Of a stretch of 64,000 nt of DNA, positions 51,346 through 64,000 are shown one piece after another. Origin of the DNA: the human T2T-CHM13v2.0 reference genome, Homo sapiens; NCBI RefSeq assembly GCF_009914755.1, contig NC_060927.1, one strand, 5' to 3'. The first letter of the stretch is position 1, and each line of letters begins with the position of its first letter. The notes under the pieces were generated by a model, which did not search any database, was not told the origin of the DNA, and saw only the letters and a list, made by a program, of their open reading frames with translations. Made by a program: the position numbers and the translations under genes.

Positions 51346-52364
51346 TCCAACTGGGTTTATGGTCCTCAAGCAGACAGTTTATTCTAATGACCTATTCCTC
51401 TTATCTATGCAGTATACCTTATGAGTGTTTGAAAAACTAGCTACCTATTCAAAGCTACTAATTCTATTTTTACACAGCTGCATTAGAAATTCCTCCTAAT
51501 TTAAAAGAAAAAAATCTGTCACCTGTAGTAGCCACAGTGTCCTTTTTAGATGAATTATGATCTCTTTTCTTTATTCTAATCACAGCTACAATCCCAAATT
51601 GCTCTTTCTACCTTTACACTACTGGAAAGTGTAACTTGGAAAAACCTAAAAATAAAAAATTATTTCTTTTTTTAAAAAAAAGGAAATTTAGGTATTTTAG
51701 GCACCATTATACTCTGATAAACAAAGAGTAGTACTAGACATGTCTTACCACATTATTTTCTCACTTAGCCAGACTGGTAAAATAATAAACAGGCATTAAT
51801 TTAGAGTCTGACAGTCCTGGATTTGAATTTAGCTCTGCCATTTAATATTTCTGTAACCTTTGTTTAAAACCTCTAGCATTTTAATTTTTAATGTGTTAAA
51901 AAGAAATAACATAGCCCCATAGATATGTAAGCCTATACGATATTACTTACGAGAAGAACTTAATACAATGCCTGGTTCAGTCAATAAACAGCAAGGGTTG
52001 CAAGTTTTAAAAATATATATACACATATGTTTCATAATAACAGACTATAACTGAAACTTAAGAAATTAATCAGGAGATATTATAATCTTGCAGGAACAAA
52101 GTCGATCACACGTCTAACCGTTTCCAGCAACCTTGTAGACTAAGGTTGTTGCAGATACTAAATCACATTAAAAAAATGATGAAGTCCAAAGGTTTTATAA
52201 ATAGGTGTGGTTAAAAAAGAAAGAAAAAAAGACCTCTAGGTTCCAAAAATAGAGATTTCTCACAGCAGTGGCTCAGGAAGTTAGACTTGGCTGACATTTC
52301 AATGCCCACCAAAAACAGTCACGGACTTAGGCCCATGAGGTAGGATCTGGACCCGACAAAGAAC

Positions 52365-52875
52365 TGTTAGGAATAACACTCAAAATCCTAAGGAAACTGA
52401 ACACTTGAACAAAGGATTCTTAGCAAAGCAATTTTACTTCTGCGTAGAGGGGTGCCTCCTTGGCCAGTTGCCATGAGAGCACACCTGAACAAAGGGGCAC
52501 GACAGCCTTTATTCCTGACGCAAGTCCTGCCTCTGCATTCTTTCCCCATTGGCTGGGGTTGGGTTGTACAATCTAAACTAATCCTGGTTGGCTAAACATC
52601 TGAATTTTTTTAGATAGGGTGGGCACATGAAGAAAAAGTGGAGAGAAAGGGGAAGGGGTGTCTGTAATGAGCTAGAAAGTTAGTCCTCTTTCTAAATAAG
52701 GAAAGGAATGTGAGCTGGTACTGATAACGCTTGGTACTGTGGTGTGCCTGGGGATCTAACAAAGGCAAAAAGGAAAAAAAAGGAGAAAAAGGAGAAAAAA
52801 AGTGGGGGGGTTCTATAAATTAACGAACAAAAGATTGATCAGATTATTTGAAGAGGAACCTCATCATATCCCACA
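52365..52875 (-). mobile_element. ERV1 solo LTR, LTR10B-like (HERV-I/HERVIP10 group)
   Basis: TG...CA termini on - (TGTGGGATATGATGAGG...TTCCTAACA), CCAAT box, AGTAAA poly(A)-like hexamer; family recognised from memory; no clean TSD. Confidence 0.7.
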
Positions 52876-53337
52876 CTACACAAAACTGAGGTCTGGGAGG
52901 ACTGGAACTCGAAATATCTTTTCATTGATCAGATGATGTGGCATGAAAGTTTCCCATCTACCCCAGAAACTGGGTAGGCAAGAAAAAAAAAAAGTTTCAT
53001 GTAAGTGCAAAACTTCAAGCCTTCCCACACTCTCTTATGAGATCTAAATATAAACTATCTATGAGGTGTGATGGTCTGAAGGCAGGGAGTTAACATAAAA
53101 ACTGGCTGATTGTGTGTACAGGCCTTTGGCAACAGCTCAAACAAAATACAAACTCATTTTTAGAGATCCATTCACAACCCAGGGAGCAAAGGACCTTTAC
53201 AGAAAACATAATTATCCATCAATAATGAATTCAAAACTGAGTATTATTAACTATATAAGGAAATGAATAAAGTCACGCAGATAAATGAAAAAGTAATATC
53301 CCAAGAACTAAAAAAGAACAATCTGAAAGAGACTTTA

Positions 53338-53905
<568 letters not shown>

Positions 53906-54395
53906 TTAATATAAATCTACTAGAGCTGCAGAAAAAGACAATGAGAGTGGGAGAACTGCAATACTGAAGGAAATGTTCAAAGTTTTCAGAAACTAAAAGA
54001 TGTGACTTCTTTGAAAAGGCACAATGAAAATGGTGATAAAAAAAAGAAATAAAAGAAATACACACGCACAGATTGTACCGCAGACAAAGGCAAAGAGAAA
54101 CTTTTTGATGCACTAAGGTGTAAAAAAGACATTACTTACAAAGAACCGATAACCAGACCGAGAACAGACTTTTTAAAAACCGAGACTAGAAGACAAATGA
54201 ATAATATCCTCAAGGCTTCTGAGGAAAGCAGTCAATTTGGATTTCAAACTTCTATAGCCAAATGATATCAAACTCTGAATATCTACTTCTCCATAAAAGC
54301 AACAAGAATACTGACAAAAATTGTTGAAATCAACTATTTTAGAGTTCTGAAAATAAAAGAAAGGCTTGCAGCAATCCAATAAGTGTTTATTTAAA

Positions 54396-54435
54396 ACACA
54401 CACACACGTACACACACACATACACACACACACAC
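54396..54435. repeat. Interrupted (CA)n microsatellite
   Basis: Directly visible. Confidence 0.85.
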
Positions 54436-55487
54436 CCCAACGTGAATCTGTTTTGTTTTACCATGGCCTAGTCCCAACCCCCTTCCCAGTTATGTGGTAG
54501 CCTTGACAACAAATAGCCCACAATCATGGTGAATGCATGTCTGACAGCCACTAGAGGAAAGAAAAATGAAGTTGGAGCTCCTTCAAAGCCTGATTCCCAC
54601 AGAACTGTCATTCTTTGGCCTCTCTGGTAGTTTCCAGGAAGATCCCACTTACAATACTATGTTTATTTGACCTGACTCAGACCTCACCTAGCATGAACTG
54701 CCTTTTTCCTGGGGAGTTTCTCAAAAATACTCAGAGGCATCTGTTTAACATTGTAGCTGTCTTGGGGGTAAATAACAGTTGGGGGAACCAACAAGCTAAC
54801 TGAAAGCTTAAAAGGAAAAGGTAGGTAATTACATGTCCATATGGTGCACTGAAAAGCTCCAAAATTACTGGTAGGAATCTAGAAGGCCGTGTGCATGGAT
54901 ACTATTGTGGATTCCCAGGTCTGTGTACATGCAAAGGAAAGAGCTTACAAAGCCCTGGCTCTCAACTATGGCTAACTTTGAGGCTTTGTGAAAGCAGAAA
55001 GTTAGGGCTAAGGCACAGTTCTGAACCACCAGGCTGACTGTTGAAGGCATGACCCAACATGTGCATAAAGTGCCTCAGCAGACTGGAAGAGGGGTGGATT
55101 CCAGGCATTTAAGAAAATCAGGTCAACCATTAGCTGACCAATAAACTAAGTAAAGACATCAGTGACCACACATGACAAAAAATATAAACTTTACATAATT
55201 AGTTCAAAAAAGTCACTAAAATAAACAAACAGCCACAACGACAAATCCTGAAGGGAGAAGGAATCTGAGTTTCAGAGTTGTAAAATTATTTAAAGTGAAC
55301 AGTTTTTGGCAAAAAGTATGTGACATACAAAGAAACAAAAAAGCATGGCACACATACAGGAAAAATGCATTCAATGAAACCGTCCTTCAGGAAAATCAAA
55401 TTTTCAACTTATTACACAAAGATTTAAAAATCCCTATTTTAAACATGTTCAAAGAACTAAAGGAAACCATGTTTAAAGAACTATAAG

Positions 55488-55792
55488 GTTGGGGGCGGTG
55501 GCTCACACCTGTAATCCCAGCACTTTGGGAGGCCAAGGCAGGTGGATCACCTGAGGTCAGGAGTTCAAGACCAGCCTGGCCAACGTGATGAAACCCTGTC
55601 TCCACTAAAAGTACAAAAATTAGCCAGGAGTTGTAGTGGCCGCTTGTCATTATCCCAGCTACTTGGGAGGCTGAGGTGGAGAATCGTTTGAACCTGGGAG
55701 GTGGAGGTGTCAGTGAGCCGAGACCGCGCCACTGCACTCCAGCCTGGGCGACAGCACAAGACCCTATCTCAAAACAAAACAAAACAAAACAA
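55488..55792 (+). mobile_element. Alu (S-like)
   Basis: Dimer with (CAAAA)n tail. Confidence 0.9.
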
Positions 55793-57672
55793 CTGTGAGA
55801 ATGATGTATCAACAAAGGAAGACTATCAATAGATAGATATTATTTAAATGAATCAAACAGAAATTCCAGAGTTGAAAAGGGCAATAACTGAAATTTTAAA
55901 ATTCACCAGGTAGACACAACAGCAGATATGAGCATAATAAAAAATTGGCAAACTTGTGGATAGGTCAATTATCCAATCAGAGAAACAAAAGAAAAAATAA
56001 TGAAGAAAAAAGAACAGAGCCTTAGAGACCTGTAGAACACCACCAAGCAAAGCAATAAATGCATAATGGCGTTTAAGAAGGAGATGAGAGAGAGAGGCAG
56101 AAAAAATATATGAAAAAATTATGGCTGGAAACTCCCCAAATTTTATGAAAAACAATAATATATATGTCCAGGATGCTCAATTAATTCAAAGTAGAATAAA
56201 CTCTAATAGAAGTAGGCATATTATAATCGAACTGTCAAGAACCAAAAATAAAGAGAATCTTGAAAGGAACAAGAGAGATGTGACTCATCACTTACAAGGA
56301 TCTTAAATAAGATTAACAGCTGATTTCTCATGAGAAACCAGGGAAGCCAGAAGAAAGTGGGATGACATATTAGACATGCTGAAAGAAAACCTATCAAGTA
56401 GCAAAATTCTTATTCAGAAACAAAGGAAAAATTAACACAATCCCAGATAAATGAAAAGAGAGAAAGAACAAAGGTTGGAGGATTCATTCTTCCTGGTTTC
56501 AAAACTTATTATTAATTTACAGTAATCAAAACTATACATAGGGACAGACATATAGAATTGAACTTAGAGTTCAGGAAAAAACCTTCACATGTACAATCAA
56601 TTGATTTTTGACATAGATGCCAAGATAATTCAATGAAGAAAGAATAATCTTTTCAACAAATGGTGCTGAGACAACTATACATCTAAATGGAAAAGAATAA
56701 AGTTGGATTCCTACCACACACACTATTTAAAAATTAAAGTGAACAAACAACCAGAAAAACATATTTGCAAATAATTTATCTAAGAAGGGTCTAGTATATA
56801 AAATATATAAAGAATTCTTATAACTTAACAATAAAAAGACAAATAACCCAATTTACAAATGAGCAGAGGATCTAAATGGACATTTCACCAAAAAAGGTAT
56901 AGAAATAACCAACAAGCACATGAAAAGCTGCTCAACAACATTAGTCATTGGGAAAATGCAAATTAAATCCACAATGAGATAACACCTCAAACCTACTAGG
57001 GTGGCTATAATAAAAAAAGATGGACAATAACAAGTGTTGGTGAGAATGAAGAGAAATTGGAACCTTTGTACATTGCTGGTTGGAATGTAAAATGATGCAG
57101 CTGTGTGGGAAACAGTTTGATAGTTTCTCAAAAAGTTGAACATAAAGTTAACATCAGTTCCAGTAATTTTAATCCTAGGTATTTACCAAAAGAATTTAAA
57201 ACACAGATTGACTCAAAAGTTGTACACAAATGTTTATAGCATTAACTGTGTACATTTATCTATGTATAGTTTTATAGCAGTTATTGTAATAGCAAAATAG
57301 TGAAACCAACCAAAATATTCATTAACTGATGTATGGATAAATAAAATGTGGCACATCCTTGCAAAAGAATATTGTTTGACAATGAAATGAAATACTGGTT
57401 ACTGTTAAAACATGAATACACTTTGAAGCCATTACGCTTAGAGAAAGAAGCCAGCGACAAAGGCCCCATATTGTGTTTCCATTTATATAAAATGTCCAAA
57501 AAAGGTACATCTATAGACCATTAATTAGTGGTTGCCTAGAATTGGAGTGGTTTCAGGGAGGGGGTTGGGGGTAACAGCTAAGGAGTGCAGGGTTTTTGAA
57601 GGGTTGATAAAAATGTTGTAAAATTAATTGTGGTGATGGTTGCACAACTCAGAAAATGCATATAACCACTGA

Positions 57673-59087
<1,415 letters not shown>

Positions 59088-59527
59088 TTTTTTTAATAAG
59101 TAAGAATTTAAAAAGTATTTTATAGAAAGGGAAAATGAAAATTTAAAACCCCTATCAATCCAATAAAAGGAAATAAATGAGAAAAAGGACAAAAACAAGG
59201 ATGTAAATATAAAACATACAATAAGATAGTAGAAATAAATAAGTATATAGTAATCACAATAAACAATTAAAATTTCCTAATAAAATACATTCATATTGGA
59301 GTAAATCTATCCTCACAAAAAAATTCAACTATATGCTATTTACAGGAGACAAATATAATATAAAATGAAATAAAAGTTAAAAATAAAAGATACAAAGGTA
59401 AATACTAACCAAAATAAGCTGGTATACAAATGTCAATTTTGGACAAAACAGACTAAAACAAAATTACTAGGGATTAAGAGGCATATTTCTTAATGATAAA
59501 GGAGGGCACAGAAGCTAAAAGAAATCA

Positions 59528-62060
<2,533 letters not shown>

Positions 62061-62685
62061 TATTAGTTTGTTTTTATACTTTTTATAAAATGCCTTTTCA
62101 CATCTTTTCCTTATGTTCACTTCTATGGGCTCTTTAAATATTTACCCCTTGTTCTGTTCATTGTGAATACGATTCCCAGTCTGAGGCTTGATTTTATGTT
62201 TCCTTTTTTCTGTCACGACACCACAAACCTCTTCCGCTCACTATCTACCCCTATTGATGGTGGCAAACTAAAAACCTGAGAATGCACCTAAACATTTTCC
62301 TCTCTTTTCCCTTGGTAGGTAGAGAAATCAATGTCCCTGGACTAAGTATAAAAAGGCACAGGACTTTCTCTGGCCTTGTCATTGCCATGACCCACAGTAC
62401 ATCTTTCAACACCATAGGTTGGAATGTAATTCTGGCTGTCTGTCCAAACCTTATTAAAGTTCAAACCTATTCCTTCTTTCTGGAATTTCAGTAACATGTG
62501 TAGTTTTAAACTGAAAAAGTTTAGGCAAGACAACATATTTGAAAGTACATTCTAAAGTGCTATATAAATATTATTATGAACAACAACTAAAAATAAGAAC
62601 AAGAGGGAAGGAATTAACAAGAAATTCTAGATATTTTTGCTATGGGAAGACATTAGACTGAAAAAAAAAAAAAGACTAGATCTCA

Positions 62686-62820
<135 letters not shown>

Positions 62821-63790
62821 TCATTAATTCAAGACTAACTCAGAATTAACTAAAAACATTAACAAACTCTGTGCTAATATTTTCACTAATTTTATAACAA
62901 ATATTACACTCTTTGGATAGCATGTCCCTGTGACATTATTTCAGACATTAAATTAAAAGATTTTTTAAATTGTTTGCCATGTGTAAGTTACATCCTATTG
63001 AATATAAGCATAGCTTCGGAGAACTTTTAAGATTTTCCTTCCTTGATTATATTCTACCTCCCGAGGCTGACAGCTGGCCCTACTACTCCCATAAGGCAGT
63101 GACTTTCTGCTTGCTATTCACAGGAGATTCACTGCGCAAAGCACAGTCACTTACTAGAGGTCCGAGAGGATAACACCTGGGTTCAGGGGTACTAATTGTA
63201 TGCTGTAATACTGTTTGTATTACACTGTATGTGTATTACATTAATTACATGGTTAATTTTTTCCTTCTTGCTTGCTTTTACCACTATACGGAGAGTTCTT
63301 AAGAATCACGTAAGTAACTGCATCACGAGGTCACAAAACTGTAATGGTTCAATTTATTATCATGTCTAAGGGTATTTTCAGGGAAGAGAGCACATGAAAC
63401 TAGTGACATCCACATAATGACATTTGTATGGTCAAGTGACATTAAATGTTTAGCAAAACCCTATGAGTTCTTTTTAAGTTGTAAGCACATATTCTGATAA
63501 GCACATTTGCTTATGTTATCTCAATTCCTTTTAATAACCCTGACATACAGATGCTATAATTCTCAAGGATATGAAAAACCTGAAGCTCAACCAGTTTTCT
63601 GTGCCTTGTTTGTAGTCACATAACTAACAAGTCACCACTGCCTATTGGCTGGTATGATTACTTCAGAGGCATTTCCTTTACACATTTTGGGTCTGTTAGG
63701 TACTTTCATCAAAATACAAAACTATGGCAGCAAAATCAATATTGCTATCACTGAAACAAGATGTATGAATATATTACTGAAAATATCCTT

Positions 63791-64000
63791 GCCTGGGCAC
63801 GGTGGCTCATGCTTGTAATCCCAGCACTTTGAAAGGCCGGGGTGGGTGAATCACTTGAGCTCAGGAGTTCAATACCACCCTGGTCAACATGGTGAAACCC
63901 CATCTTTACAAAAAATACAAAAAGTGAACCAGGTGTGGTGGTGTGTGCCTGTAGTTCCAGCTACTCTGGGGGCTGAGGTAGGATGATCACTTGGGCCTGG
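63791..64000 (+). mobile_element. Alu, cut by the window end
   Basis: Left arm and start of right arm. Confidence 0.9.

Noticed and set aside
52738-52760. Possible p53 response element in the LTR10-type LTR
   Set aside because: TGGTGTGCCTGGGGATCTAA lacks both CWWG cores, so it is not a functional site.
62282-62536. Short ORFs in unique intronic sequence near the PIK3CB DLRQD exon
   Set aside because: No recognisable homology and no convincing splice-site pair.

Overview
Human (primate) genomic DNA, recognisably the FAIM-PIK3CB locus (3q22). The + strand carries the five coding exons of FAIM, including the neuron-specific FAIM-L exon, and its poly(A) signal (407-~14070). The - strand carries the last six exons of PIK3CB (C-terminal p110-beta kinase domain, 62765 to stop at 36104) and its 3'UTR, so the two genes converge. 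The ~20 kb between them is a stack of nested retroelements: an old L1 hosting a MaLR solo LTR, a processed PPIA pseudogene itself split by two Alus, a younger L1PA and several Alus. About 50 Alus, several L1s, an LTR10-type solo LTR, MIR/L2 and MER DNA transposons make up much of the rest, and almost all ORF-track entries are repeat-derived. I found no evidence of a new multi-gene system. The most unusual signals are small mechanistic footprints: an AluY whose right arm is replaced by an iteratively templated L1 patch, a micro-L1 with inversion and probable 3' transduction, target sites hit twice from opposite strands, a twin-primed L1, and a PPIA-Alu fusion ORF. Repeat subfamily names and boundaries were assigned by eye and are approximate unless TSDs are quoted.
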